Positions 27,926 to 37,563 of a stretch of DNA of 64,000 nucleotides are shown here, one piece after another; the stretch's first letter is position 1; the number at the start of each line of letters is the position of its first letter. The stretch covers positions 124,001-188,000 of the IMG/VR virus record IMGVR_UViG_3300025536_000010. The stretch is one strand, 5' to 3'. The notes under the pieces are model-generated. The model did not search any database. It saw only the letters and a list, made by a program, of their open reading frames with translations, and was not told the DNA's origin. The translations under genes and the position numbers were made by a program.

Positions 27926-28596
27926 TAATCTGCCCCAACGCCCGACAGGCCAAACAGGTACTCACGATCTTGGACAGACGCTCCTACGAGGCTCTGTTCA
28001 AGGTCGTGCTGCGCTTGAAGACCGCCGAGGACCGCGGCAAACCGCTCGACGCCTACGAGCAACTGGTGGCCTACACCTACGAGTGGCTCAAGCATCTGGG
28101 CTGTGTCGACGCTGCCCAGATCGAACGACTCCTGAGCCGCATGCGTCAGACCTTGAAAGCCTTCGGGCAGCAGCTGACCTTCCACCTGGAAACAGTGCTG
28201 GCCAGGCCGCCTTGCTTGCTAAACCTCATCGACCGCCGCTACGCCGTCTGGGACGGGCAGCTGGACTTCTACGACTTCGTCGAAGACAGTGTCGTCACAG
28301 TCTTGCCTTACCGGCCGGTCACCCACTACACCGTCGACCTGCTCGCCCTGTTCGTCCAGAAACAAGCGTGGCTGGACAAGATTGGAGGCAAGGATGCCAA
28401 GCACACCCGACATCAACATCATGCCGCCGACCGTGGCACACCCGAGGGTGAACCAGACCCAGGTGCTGCGCAAGGTGCTGACCAGCGAGGAGACGTTTGC
28501 CACGACGCTCCTGGTACTGGTGATCGACCAGTGGGGAACGGAGGCTCTGGAGTGGAGCCCGACCGTCCTCCGCATGGAACTGGAGGAGACGTTTGA
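27922..28596 (+). CDS. hypothetical protein
   Basis: Coupled start; last ~65 codons overlap the next gene. Confidence 0.6.
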   Translation: MIICPNARQAKQVLTILDRRSYEALFKVVLRLKTAEDRGKPLDAYEQLVAYTYEWLKHLGCVDAAQIERLLSRMRQTLKAFGQQLTFHLETVLARPPCLLNLIDRRYAVWDGQLDFYDFVEDSVVTVLPYRPVTHYTVDLLALFVQKQAWLDKIGGKDAKHTRHQHHAADRGTPEGEPDPGAAQGADQRGDVCHDAPGTGDRPVGNGGSGVEPDRPPHGTGGDV

Positions 28597-29131
28597 CGTC
28601 CAGCTGCCGCAAGAGAACTTGGACAAGCTCGTGGCCGGTATCACCATCGTCACCACGGACATGTTCTTCAAGGACGTCAGCCGGTTCATCCAGCTGTGCA
28701 ACGTGCTCGCGGGGTCACCGTTTGACCCCGAAGAGTTCGATCCGGCGGATAGCCTGGAGTGCGCCTGGGGTATCACCGAGGCGCTCATGCTTTCCCCGCC
28801 GGATGAAGAAGACCCCGAGCCCTTTAGCGACGAGGTGCGCCACTACGTCGCTTTCGTACTCAAGGAGGAGGGGTACATCAAGGCCCCGGACATCCTGGGG
28901 ATCGCCTTGAACGCGGATCTTTCGGCACAAGTCAGTACCGACTTCGCCGACGACCCCGAGATGTTCCAGGCGCTCTACTCGATGCAGCAGGACAAGGCCA
29001 CCGAGATCGACGAGATCCTCAAAGGCAACCTGCTGGAGTTGCTAGGGCAGTTGAAGGCCCTGCCGCTGGAGAACGGCGACACGGCCGAAATCGAGAAGCG
29101 GCTGGCAGCCATGTTGAAGGTGACTGCTTAG
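28394..29131 (+). CDS. hypothetical acidic helical protein
   Basis: SD GGAGG before ATG 28394; strong codon bias. Confidence 0.75.
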   Translation: MPSTPDINIMPPTVAHPRVNQTQVLRKVLTSEETFATTLLVLVIDQWGTEALEWSPTVLRMELEETFDVQLPQENLDKLVAGITIVTTDMFFKDVSRFIQLCNVLAGSPFDPEEFDPADSLECAWGITEALMLSPPDEEDPEPFSDEVRHYVAFVLKEEGYIKAPDILGIALNADLSAQVSTDFADDPEMFQALYSMQQDKATEIDEILKGNLLELLGQLKALPLENGDTAEIEKRLAAMLKVTA

Positions 29132-29161
29132 CCAGGTTTGCGTTAGAGCGAGGAGACTGCA

Positions 29162-29509
29162 ATGATGAGCGAAGTGATCCATCCCCAAATGCAGGACGAG
29201 GCGACGGTAGTCTGCGGGCTCTGCCGTGACGAAATCCTCCCCAACGAGGAAACGGAAAATAGCCCCTACGGCATCATCCACAAGGATTGCACCAACTTCC
29301 TCACCGACAGCTACGCCGACGAAGACGAAGAAGACTTCGACGACGAAGACGACGATGACGACGAAGACGAAGACGACGATGACGACGAGTTCGACGACGA
29401 TGATGACATCGGCCTCGACGACGATGACGACGATGAACTCCTCGACGATGACATCCTCGACGATGACGACGAAGACGAGGATGACGAAGACGATCTCGAC
29501 GAGGAGTAA
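29162..29509 (+). CDS. small Zn-finger protein with poly-Asp/Glu tail
   Basis: CGLC...HKDC followed by ~60 residues that are mostly D/E. Confidence 0.75.
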   Translation: MMSEVIHPQMQDEATVVCGLCRDEILPNEETENSPYGIIHKDCTNFLTDSYADEDEEDFDDEDDDDDEDEDDDDDEFDDDDDIGLDDDDDDELLDDDILDDDDEDEDDEDDLDEE

Positions 29510-29517
29510 CCGCTGCC

Positions 29518-29760
29518 ATGCACTTCGGCACGATGTACATCAACTGGGCCACCCGCAAAATGGACGTTGCGGGGATGGACGGTTGCGGCAACCCCGAGAT
29601 GACAGCCGAGGACGTCATCAAGTTTTTGGAGGAACCATGCGGCCCCGACGAGGAGCGTTGGGGCCTGATCTGGTGGGATGACGTCCACCAACTCTGTATG
29701 CACGACCTGGCAGGTTTCTCGGCCGAGGTAGACGACAAGGACGAAGACGATGAAAAATGA
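29518..29760 (+). CDS. hypothetical protein
   Basis: 80-aa ORF in a closely packed run. Confidence 0.55.
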   Translation: MHFGTMYINWATRKMDVAGMDGCGNPEMTAEDVIKFLEEPCGPDEERWGLIWWDDVHQLCMHDLAGFSAEVDDKDEDDEK

Positions 29761-30001
29761 CACCTGCTACTACCACGACCCGCAGCACTGCGCTGGCGAA
29801 CTGTGGGAGTGTCAGACGTGCCACGAGAGCTACTGCCAGGCACACTCGCACGTCACCGACAACGGTGAGAACGTAGAGTGCGTCGCCTGTGAGAGGGACC
29901 GCAAAGAGCGCGAAGTGCCGGACGTCACCAAACACCCGCACTACGCCAGACTCAGCACCCTCGATCAGGCCGTAGACCGTCTCGACATCAAAGAGAAGTA
30001 G
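29750..30001 (+). CDS. small Cys/His Zn-finger protein
   Basis: ECQTCHESYCQAH...ECVAC. Confidence 0.6.
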   Translation: MKNDTCYYHDPQHCAGELWECQTCHESYCQAHSHVTDNGENVECVACERDRKEREVPDVTKHPHYARLSTLDQAVDRLDIKEK

Positions 30002-30059
30002 CTACCAAGCTGGCGGTCGCCGCCGGACTTAGTAGAATGATGATGAAAGTGAGGTACTC

Positions 30060-30779
30060 ATGAAACCGCTACCGCTTTGCGACTTCCACGACGGGCGGCT
30101 CTGCACCTGCTACATGAGCAAAGCCATGCGTGACGCTGTTACGGGGGCCGTCATCCCCCGCGTCTGTTCGCACGTCGCCATGCAGGAGACAGTAGCCGGT
30201 GACCCGCTCATCACCGACATCAAATGTTTGGCCCAGGCGTGCGACATGATCGGCTGCGAACTCGTGCAGCAGAGCACCTACGACTGGTGGGGCAGGCATG
30301 TCGGGGACTACCCGGTTCCCAAAGGCATGCAGGCCGGCGAACTCGGCAAGAACGCCGAGTACGTCATCCGAGCCAAACCCGAGAACAAGGCCAAGCTGGG
30401 AGGGAGCAGCTGCTACGACATCGGCGTGGTCCCGGACCCCAACAACGAAGGGGCCTGGACCTGGATCTACGACTTCTACGGCCAGGGCGACCGCATCGAC
30501 CGACTGGTTGGCTCGCCCGTGCGCGGCCAGAAGGGGATCGAAATGCTCTGCCCGGCGCTCAAGCAGCACTACGACATGTGCTGCGACGCTGCGGCAGCGA
30601 AAGAAGCCGGCGACAAAATCGAGTTCATGTCCGTCGCCGACTTGCGGGCCAACTTCGAGCCGCTCCAGAAGAAATACCCGCAGCTGCGAAAGGCACTGCC
30701 GCTGCCACCTGTCTCGGCGGATGACGAGAACCGTTGGGTGTCCATCGTGGACACAACGCAGCGCGTCGGCGTCGGCTAA
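30060..30779 (+). CDS. DUF1257 (Ycf35)-like protein
   Basis: SHVA...ITDIKCLAQACDMIG, YDWWG, YDIGVV, WIYDFYG. Confidence 0.7.
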   Translation: MKPLPLCDFHDGRLCTCYMSKAMRDAVTGAVIPRVCSHVAMQETVAGDPLITDIKCLAQACDMIGCELVQQSTYDWWGRHVGDYPVPKGMQAGELGKNAEYVIRAKPENKAKLGGSSCYDIGVVPDPNNEGAWTWIYDFYGQGDRIDRLVGSPVRGQKGIEMLCPALKQHYDMCCDAAAAKEAGDKIEFMSVADLRANFEPLQKKYPQLRKALPLPPVSADDENRWVSIVDTTQRVGVG

Positions 30780-30798
30780 CCTGGTACGCAAGGGGCAG

Positions 30799-30835
30799 GA
30801 AGCCCGGCGGTGTTTCGGCACGCCGGGCTTTCTTC
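30799..30835 (+). terminator. probable intrinsic terminator or attenuator hairpin
   Basis: AAGCCCGGCG...TTCG...CGCCGGGCTT followed by TCTT. Confidence 0.6.
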
Positions 30836-30865
30836 GTCTCTAAAAGCCATTTTTGAGGAGAACGC

Positions 30866-31072
30866 ATGATCCTGAACTTCTACCACCGCAACGGCAAGAA
30901 GGAACGACGCCCGCTCGGTTACGGCGGCGGCCTCTGCCACGAAGCCACCAAGCCGTACGAACGGCGGGAGATTCCCGGTCAGATGAGAAACACGCCCACG
31001 CCCGAGGCGTATCAGGAACCGGCCGACACCACAGGTGAATCGGTCGTCGAACGGCAGCAACTGCGAGGTTGA
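30866..31072 (+). CDS. DUF2997-like small protein
   Basis: GYGGGLCHEATKPYE...TPEAY; SD GAGGAG; lies between DUF1257-like and AAA genes. Confidence 0.55.
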   Translation: MILNFYHRNGKKERRPLGYGGGLCHEATKPYERREIPGQMRNTPTPEAYQEPADTTGESVVERQQLRG

Positions 31073-33044
31073 TATGGCTCTGGCGAGCCTGCGTAAAGAG
31101 TTCGGCGTAGCGGTCGGCGCCGCCGAGCAAGCCATCCGCGTGAACACCGACGAGTTGGACGACGCCATCTCCACCATCGGCGAAGTCTGCAAACAGCACG
31201 GCTGGGAACTGCGTGTCTGGGACCACGTCTCTGGCACGATCTGGCATAACGGCGAGCCGCCCAAGAAAGACGTTCCCGGCGGGGCTTTGACCAAGAAACA
31301 AGCGCTCATGGCAGACCTCAACTCACCCGAGGGGCCGACTACGCCGCTCCAGGAGTTGCTGGGCTTTTTAGCCGAGACACCTCGGCCCGACACCGAGGAC
31401 AAGGGCGAGGTGGTGCCCGTCGTCTTGGTGATGAAGAACTTCCATCTGCTGTTCGAGCGCGATCGCGGCCCGGCGGTCGCGGCCGTACAGCACCTGGTCG
31501 CGGACAAAGTCGGCGACCACGCCCTTTACAACAAACAGGACTCGAACAAGCAGCCGAGCTATATGCGGCAGCTGATGGACCAGTTCGGAATCGAGCCCGA
31601 GTCGGACACGGGCAAGTTCATCGTGGGCCTGATGCCGGCCCAGGCACAGCTGCCGCCCGAGGTCAGCCCCCTCTTCAAGGTCATCGAGCACGAACTGCCA
31701 GACGAGGAGGAGTTGGGGGTCATTCTGGACGGCATCGTACCTTCCGGCGAGGCCGCGCAGGACGAGGACGGGCCGGCAATCTCGAAGTCTGTACGCAAGC
31801 GGGTCTGCAAGCACGCTCGCGGGCTGACGCGCTTGCAAGCCGAAGGCGTCTTCTCCGCGTGCATGGTCCAGAACGGCAAGAAACAGAACTTCGAGGAGAT
31901 CTTGCCCAAGTACGTCTGGGAGCACAAAAGCCGCATCCTCAACCGCGAGGGGTTGGTGACCCTGTACGGCGGCAAGGAAACCTTCGACGATGTCGTCGGC
32001 TTGCACGGGGCCAAGGAGATCTTCAAAGACCTGCTGGCACCCGACAAGTACGACCCGGACAACCCCGATCTCCGGTCCAAGGGCGCCGCCTTGGTCGGCC
32101 CGCCGCGTACCGGCAAGTCGTTGATCGCCAAGGCGTGCAACGGCACGCTCGATCTACCCGTCCTGATGTGCGACCCCGGCTCGCTCATGGGCGGTTTCGT
32201 CGGCGACACCGAACGCAACACGCGGAAGTTCTTCCAGATCGTACGGGCACACGCCCCCTGCATCGCTGTGATCGACGAGGTCGAAAAGGTGATGCCGAGC
32301 GCGCGGGGCGGGGAACACGACAGCGGGGTCGGAAAGAGAATGGCAGGCCAGTTCATGACGCAGATGCAGGACATCCAGGAGCCCGTCTTCTGGGTGTTCA
32401 CGGCGAACGGCGTCGAGGACTTGCACGAGGCGTTTCTGGCGGATGACCGCGTGGACACTGTCATCTACGTTCACATGCCCGGCCCCGCGCAGCGGGCAGC
32501 CGGTTGGAAGATGTACATCCAGAAGTTCTTCCCGGCGGAAGTCCGGGGGAAAGCGTTCCCGCACCACCTGACCACGGAGTTCGACGAGGTGCTGGGCGAA
32601 TTCAAGAAGACCAAGAAGGTCAACGCGCTGGAGTGGGCCAACAAGTTCATTGCGGCGCTGCTTTGCCTGCACGGGGCGGAGCGGGAGGCCGCGCTGGCCC
32701 GCCTCGCCAAGCAAGACGACAACGTGTTCACGACCGTCAGCAACCAACTGGTTGACGACGCCGACTGGACGCTGGCGCGCATCAAAGCGGTTTGCCGCCT
32801 GGCCAGGAAGCGTAACCGGAGCCTGGCCCAGATCGCCAAGATGATGCCGCGCTACTCAGCAAAGCTGGAGAAGTCCATCCGCCGGCTCGAAAACTGGGCC
32901 GAGGACGAAGCCGTCGACAGCGAGACGGGCGAAGCCTACGTTCGCCCCGAAGATCAGCCGGACGCGCCGGCGGGTTCCGGCGGCAAGGTGAAGACGACAC
33001 GCAGCGGCAAGGTGAAGCGCAAAGTGCGCCGCGTCGCCGACTGA
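31035..33044 (+). CDS. Ycf46-like AAA+ ATPase
   Basis: Degenerate N-terminal domain (LVMKNFH); FDDVVGL; Walker A GPPRTGKS; Walker B IAVIDEVEK; FTAN sensor 1. Confidence 0.85.
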   Translation: MNRSSNGSNCEVDMALASLRKEFGVAVGAAEQAIRVNTDELDDAISTIGEVCKQHGWELRVWDHVSGTIWHNGEPPKKDVPGGALTKKQALMADLNSPEGPTTPLQELLGFLAETPRPDTEDKGEVVPVVLVMKNFHLLFERDRGPAVAAVQHLVADKVGDHALYNKQDSNKQPSYMRQLMDQFGIEPESDTGKFIVGLMPAQAQLPPEVSPLFKVIEHELPDEEELGVILDGIVPSGEAAQDEDGPAISKSVRKRVCKHARGLTRLQAEGVFSACMVQNGKKQNFEEILPKYVWEHKSRILNREGLVTLYGGKETFDDVVGLHGAKEIFKDLLAPDKYDPDNPDLRSKGAALVGPPRTGKSLIAKACNGTLDLPVLMCDPGSLMGGFVGDTERNTRKFFQIVRAHAPCIAVIDEVEKVMPSARGGEHDSGVGKRMAGQFMTQMQDIQEPVFWVFTANGVEDLHEAFLADDRVDTVIYVHMPGPAQRAAGWKMYIQKFFPAEVRGKAFPHHLTTEFDEVLGEFKKTKKVNALEWANKFIAALLCLHGAEREAALARLAKQDDNVFTTVSNQLVDDADWTLARIKAVCRLARKRNRSLAQIAKMMPRYSAKLEKSIRRLENWAEDEAVDSETGEAYVRPEDQPDAPAGSGGKVKTTRSGKVKRKVRRVAD

Positions 33045-33050
33045 CTATAG

Positions 33051-33075
33051 CGGGGAGGCCCTCGGGCCTCCCCCG
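33051..33075 (+). other. intergenic stem-loop
   Basis: GGGGAGGCC-CTCG-GGCCTCCCC, no U-tract. Confidence 0.6.
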
Positions 33076-33098
33076 ATTGCCCCTTACCGGGGAGAACG

Positions 33099-34439
33099 AT
33101 GATTGCGACGAAAGAGAAAACCAACGGCACGCACACGGAAGGCGACAAGTTCAACATGGCCGTGGAGTCCACGGCTGACACGTTGCTCAAGGGCTGCTCG
33201 AAGGTCCGCTGCCGCTACGGCTGGTTCAGCACCGCCGCCAAGATCGACGACGACGTGCTGGGCGAGATGATGGGCAAGGAGACGCCGCAGGAAGTCAAGG
33301 ATGCCATGACGGCACAGAAGCGGCTGCTCAAGAGCAAGCACGAGGCCCTGGTCAACGCCAAGCAGGCATTCCAGGCGGTGAAGGACTACGTCAGCGCCAT
33401 GACGATCCCGCTGGTGGCTCTGCGGGCCGGCAGCGACGACGAAGCCGATCTGCGGAAGGACGGTGGCGTTCGGCTGATCCAGAAAAAGGACATGCAGGAG
33501 TTCGATGACCGCATGAAGTATCTGGTAGGGTTGCTGAACACGTCCGTCGAGAAACTCCAGAAAGCTCTGCCGTCTATCAAGGCGGAGGACAAAACGCGGC
33601 TCGACCGGCTGAACACGAAGCTCTACGACGATGGCGACTACCCGGCGGACGTGACCAAGCTCGTTCACGTCACCTACGGGTTCGAGCCCATCGGCGTTGA
33701 CGCCGAGTGGTCAACGCTCTGCCCGGAGATCTACAAGCGGGAGAGCGCCAACGCCCGCAAGAAGTTCGAGGCCGTCGTGGAGAGCGCCGCGGTCGAGTTC
33801 GCCGGCCGCTTCGTGAAGTACGTCAAGCAGGTGATCGAACAGCTGGGTAACCGTGTGCGGTTGAATCCGGTCAAGGACCGTACCAACATCGCGGTGCGCC
33901 TGGAGGACGACAAGACCGCTTCGGTCAACATCAGCGACGCCGAGGTCATCGGGCGGCTGACCCACGACGACGAGCCCGACGAGATCCCGGAGAACCACCT
34001 GCTGCTCCAACTGCGGCTCAAAAAGGCAATCAGCGCCAAAGGCCGCTCGACCGAAGTGTGGTTGGCCGCGCCCATCAAGGAGTCGGACTACCACACGCAG
34101 CTGCGGCCCTACGAAAGTAACACGGAGCGCAAGAAGCTCTACGACAGCACCGTGGACAACCTCAAAGCCGAACTGGCGGCTTTCGCCAACGTCGGCGAGA
34201 TGTTAGGGCCGTACCAGGGCGTGGTTGGCGACGGCATCAAGAAGGTCAAAGAGATGCTGACGAAAGCGTCCGGCAGCATGAATACCGAGACGATCACAAT
34301 GGCGCTGCGGGAGGGCAGCTACTTCCGTAACGAGATGAAAGCCGCCCTGGAGAGCGTGGCCCACACTGTCTCGTCCAAGGTGGGCGAGGCCCAGGCGAAA
34401 CGGCGCAGTATCAAGAAGAAGCTGATCGGCGCCGTGTGA
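33099..34439 (+). CDS. DUF3150-like protein
   Basis: AQKRLL, GGVRLI, LYDDGDYP motifs; lies directly after the AAA ATPase. Confidence 0.55.
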   Translation: MIATKEKTNGTHTEGDKFNMAVESTADTLLKGCSKVRCRYGWFSTAAKIDDDVLGEMMGKETPQEVKDAMTAQKRLLKSKHEALVNAKQAFQAVKDYVSAMTIPLVALRAGSDDEADLRKDGGVRLIQKKDMQEFDDRMKYLVGLLNTSVEKLQKALPSIKAEDKTRLDRLNTKLYDDGDYPADVTKLVHVTYGFEPIGVDAEWSTLCPEIYKRESANARKKFEAVVESAAVEFAGRFVKYVKQVIEQLGNRVRLNPVKDRTNIAVRLEDDKTASVNISDAEVIGRLTHDDEPDEIPENHLLLQLRLKKAISAKGRSTEVWLAAPIKESDYHTQLRPYESNTERKKLYDSTVDNLKAELAAFANVGEMLGPYQGVVGDGIKKVKEMLTKASGSMNTETITMALREGSYFRNEMKAALESVAHTVSSKVGEAQAKRRSIKKKLIGAV

Positions 34440-34633
34440 TGCGCTTCGAGGTACAACACAAGCGGCGGTGGTGGGTGTCTGCGGGCACCGTTGACGCCCC
34501 AGACGCCATCGCCGCCGCCTGTTACATCGCCCGCATGAAGCGGACTCGCCGCGTGCGGGTTCGCCCCGAAGACTCCCGGGATCGCTGGCTGTATTACCGG
34601 GTGAAGCTGGACACGGACGAGGACGACGCATGA
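34436..34633 (+). CDS. small basic hypothetical protein
   Basis: GTGA/ATGA coupling at both ends. Confidence 0.55.
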   Translation: MMRFEVQHKRRWWVSAGTVDAPDAIAAACYIARMKRTRRVRVRPEDSRDRWLYYRVKLDTDEDDA

Positions 34634-34986
34634 ACGCCGACTTGACGCCCGCACATTTGAAACCGCGGAAGGCCAGGGAGAAAGTCTTCCGCGACCTGGC
34701 CGTGCAACAGTTTCACCGCCCGGGTGAGATCGAGGTGCGGCACAACGCCGGGAACAACGACCTGGCCGAAGTCTCCCTGCGCGGAGACGGGAAAAGCGCC
34801 TGGGTGCAAGCCTGGGTGCTGGTGGTCGAAGATAGCCGCCCGGCTGCCGACCAAACACACGCACCCGGCGCTTCGCTAAGCAAAGGCGAGGAAGCCGGTA
34901 AGGAACTGGACGAGGCGACCAAAGAGATCGCCGCCGCCCAGGAGACGGCCCGCCAGGCGGGTATGGGTCAAAAGCCCGCCCGATAA
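34630..34986 (+). CDS. hypothetical protein
   Basis: Coupled start; GKSAWVQAWVLV. Confidence 0.6.
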   Translation: MNADLTPAHLKPRKAREKVFRDLAVQQFHRPGEIEVRHNAGNNDLAEVSLRGDGKSAWVQAWVLVVEDSRPAADQTHAPGASLSKGEEAGKELDEATKEIAAAQETARQAGMGQKPAR

Positions 34987-34992
34987 CGAGCC

Positions 34993-35847
34993 ATGCGCCA
35001 GTTTTCCGATCTCGGTATCGTCAGCACGCTCGCACCCAAGTACGCCGAGCGCGTCCGGCAGCAAGAGGAGCGATACCTCAAAGACAAGTTCCAGGAGCTT
35101 GTCGCCAAGAAACAGCAGGTGCCCTGGGACGCCATGAAAACGGCGTTTCCCAAAACGGGCCACCTGTTGATCGACGGCAAGACCTGGCGACCAACCCTTC
35201 TGTTCGACTGTCCCGTACTCACCGGCCAGCCCGGGACGCGCGTCAAGAAAATGGAAGCCAGCGAGGCCGTTGCCTGGTCGCCCAACAGCCGGTTCTTCTA
35301 CTGCAACCATCTCTTACCTCGCGGCGAGTCCCTGCAAATCTATCAGGGCAACAAGCGCGGTTTCTGCTGGTTCACCACGCCTGTCACCAGTCCTGTTCTG
35401 TGCGAGAAGCTCCCTCACGACAACAAACCTAAAGTGTGGATGAGTGAGACACCAATGGAGTGTTTCACCCAGCGCACGGGCATCCGCCTGGCCAAGGGCA
35501 AAGTGGTCATCGGTGGCCTGGGTCTTGGTTGGTTCCTCAACCAAATAGCGCGCCGCAAACAGGTGACCGAGATCGTGGTTGTCGAAAAGGAGAACATACT
35601 TATTCAATGGTTGTGGCCGCGCATCTGCTGGCACTACCCGGACGTCCAGGCCAGGCTTAACGCCGGGCAGCTGAACATCCGCTACGACGACGTCTACAAC
35701 GTGATCGACAAGCAGCACACGGAGGAGAACACGGTGTTCCTCCTCGACATCTGGGATACGTTTCTCAACTACGACAAACGTTTCTTCGATTGGAAGAAGA
35801 AGCTCGGCCCCAAACGGATCTGGGGTTGGGGGATGTTCGACAACTAG
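34993..35847 (+). CDS. SAM-dependent methyltransferase (spermidine-synthase-like fold)
   Basis: WMSETPME...GKVVIGGLGLGW...EIVVVEK...LLDIW. Confidence 0.75.
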   Translation: MRQFSDLGIVSTLAPKYAERVRQQEERYLKDKFQELVAKKQQVPWDAMKTAFPKTGHLLIDGKTWRPTLLFDCPVLTGQPGTRVKKMEASEAVAWSPNSRFFYCNHLLPRGESLQIYQGNKRGFCWFTTPVTSPVLCEKLPHDNKPKVWMSETPMECFTQRTGIRLAKGKVVIGGLGLGWFLNQIARRKQVTEIVVVEKENILIQWLWPRICWHYPDVQARLNAGQLNIRYDDVYNVIDKQHTEENTVFLLDIWDTFLNYDKRFFDWKKKLGPKRIWGWGMFDN

Positions 35848-35862
35848 GTACTGGGGTCCAAA

Positions 35863-36960
35863 ATGACAAGGCAACGTGTAGCGGCAGTGACGGAACTGTT
35901 CGGTAACGGCAGCGACGACAGCATCGACCTCGAAGTGTCGCGCCGCCTCACTTTCCAGGGGCATGTCCCGCCGGACGAAGAGGTCATTCCGGTCGTGGAA
36001 CTGTCGAACGGCCTGCGTATCCTTAACGAGCGCAAGGCCGACCTGACCAAAGCCCGCGCGGAAGACATCCTGAGACTGCCCGAGTTTATCGTCCACGAAA
36101 GTCACGTCGACCGAAACCTTCGGGACGCGCATGTGACCTACATTATCAACTGCATGAAGCGCGGCACGTTCCACCCAGAGTGGGTGACGATCATCAGCTG
36201 CGTGTGCTTGGAGGCAGTCGCGGTCAGCGACGAGTTGACGCTGCCGGCTGGTACGGATTACCGCATGAACGGGCAGCACACCTGCTGGGGTCGGCTCTAC
36301 ATGCCGGACGACTGGCCCTGCCCGGTGAAGTTCATGCGCTACGAGGCCGCCAACGTACAGACCATGCGGCAGCTGTATGCCAGCATCGACCGCGGCGCGA
36401 TTCGCACGAACGGCAACGTCATCGACAGCTACCTGGCCGGCACCGAACAGTTTCGCGGTGTGCCCAGCGCCGCCATCCGCGCCATCGCCGCCGGCCTGTC
36501 GCTGTGGTTGTGGCCGGAGCCGAAACGCCAGAAGCGCGACGCCGACGACATCGCGCACCAGATCCAAACGACCTACAGCGAGCAGACGTCGCGTGTGCGT
36601 GACTACGTCATGAACTCGCCTCGCGGTACGGCGCAGAGGGGCATCCTCTACCGAATGGCCGTGATCGCGGCGCTATACGAGACGTTCAGCAAGCTGCCGA
36701 CCAGGGCTCACGAGTTCTGGGACGCCGTGCGCGATGGCGTCGGCTTCACCAGCGTCAAAGACCCCAGAAAGAAGCTGCACGACGCGCTCAACAACTGTGT
36801 CCTGGTGACCTCGGCCATCGTGCGCAGTTCCAAAAAGAGGCATGTGACACAGGAAGAAGTCTACCGCTGGTGCATCCAGTGCTGGAACTACTGGCGGGCA
36901 GAAGACGAGATGACGAACCTGCGCATCAGTCTCGACGGCAAGCGGCCCAAGGCGAAATAG
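35863..36960 (+). CDS. ParB/Srx-like N-terminal domain protein
   Basis: DRNLRDAHVTYIINCMKRGTF, MNGQHT, IDRGAIRT. Confidence 0.55.
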   Translation: MTRQRVAAVTELFGNGSDDSIDLEVSRRLTFQGHVPPDEEVIPVVELSNGLRILNERKADLTKARAEDILRLPEFIVHESHVDRNLRDAHVTYIINCMKRGTFHPEWVTIISCVCLEAVAVSDELTLPAGTDYRMNGQHTCWGRLYMPDDWPCPVKFMRYEAANVQTMRQLYASIDRGAIRTNGNVIDSYLAGTEQFRGVPSAAIRAIAAGLSLWLWPEPKRQKRDADDIAHQIQTTYSEQTSRVRDYVMNSPRGTAQRGILYRMAVIAALYETFSKLPTRAHEFWDAVRDGVGFTSVKDPRKKLHDALNNCVLVTSAIVRSSKKRHVTQEEVYRWCIQCWNYWRAEDEMTNLRISLDGKRPKAK

Positions 36961-37018
36961 CAGCAGACGGTTAGGCCGGCGTGCGCCCCGCCGGCCCCTA
37001 AAAAGTGGATTTGAAATC

Positions 37019-37561
37019 ATGGACCAACAAAACGTACCTTCCCTGGAACGGCAGAACGAAGACGGGCTCTATGAGGAAGAACTCCAGAAGCTCGTTGATG
37101 GCATCGCAGAGGACGTCAAAGCCGGGAAGCTGAAACCCGAGGCGGTCAAAGAGCGCATCGGCGAGGCCGTGGAAGCCAGTGCTTACTCGCGGCAGATTCC
37201 GCTCTTGGCTGTGGTGGTGCGGCACCTCCACGAAGCACACATCCCGTTCTTGCGCGAGGTCATTGGGCCGTTCATCTGCGGGATAGTGTACGAACGCTTG
37301 ATCGCGCAGAAACTTGTCGAACCGCCGCCGCAGGAGCGCGTGATCGAACTCGGCAAGGTGCTGCCGCCGGCCGGCATCAAAGCCATCGAAGCCGTGCTGC
37401 GCCGAGTAAAGAAGAAAGAGTTCGACATCATGGACCCGCAAGCCGTCGACGGCATCAAAGCGGCCCTGGCCCCGCACAAGGAGCACCTGGCGACCCACGG
37501 CATCGACGACAGCTATCTCGCCTACGCGCTCATTTACGGGTTCAGCCAGAAGGGAGGATAA
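37019..37561 (+). CDS. hypothetical protein
   Basis: 180-aa ORF, typical codon usage. Confidence 0.7.
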   Translation: MDQQNVPSLERQNEDGLYEEELQKLVDGIAEDVKAGKLKPEAVKERIGEAVEASAYSRQIPLLAVVVRHLHEAHIPFLREVIGPFICGIVYERLIAQKLVEPPPQERVIELGKVLPPAGIKAIEAVLRRVKKKEFDIMDPQAVDGIKAALAPHKEHLATHGIDDSYLAYALIYGFSQKGG

Positions 37562-37563
37562 TC

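Noticed and set aside
29301-29843. Poly-Ser and poly-Arg ORFs on the minus strand
   Set aside because: Antisense shadows of the GAC/GAA-rich acidic gene.
7277-30001. CxxCH in the DUF6527-like protein (CGNCH, CSRCH) and in 29750-30001 (CQTCH) as haem sites
   Set aside because: No signal peptides, and the motifs sit in Cys/His clusters typical of Zn binding.
4179-36567. Long minus-strand ORFs such as 4179-5435, 9836-11209, 20169-21518 and 35314-36567
   Set aside because: Antisense shadows of well-supported plus-strand genes in GC-rich DNA, with no recognisable motifs.
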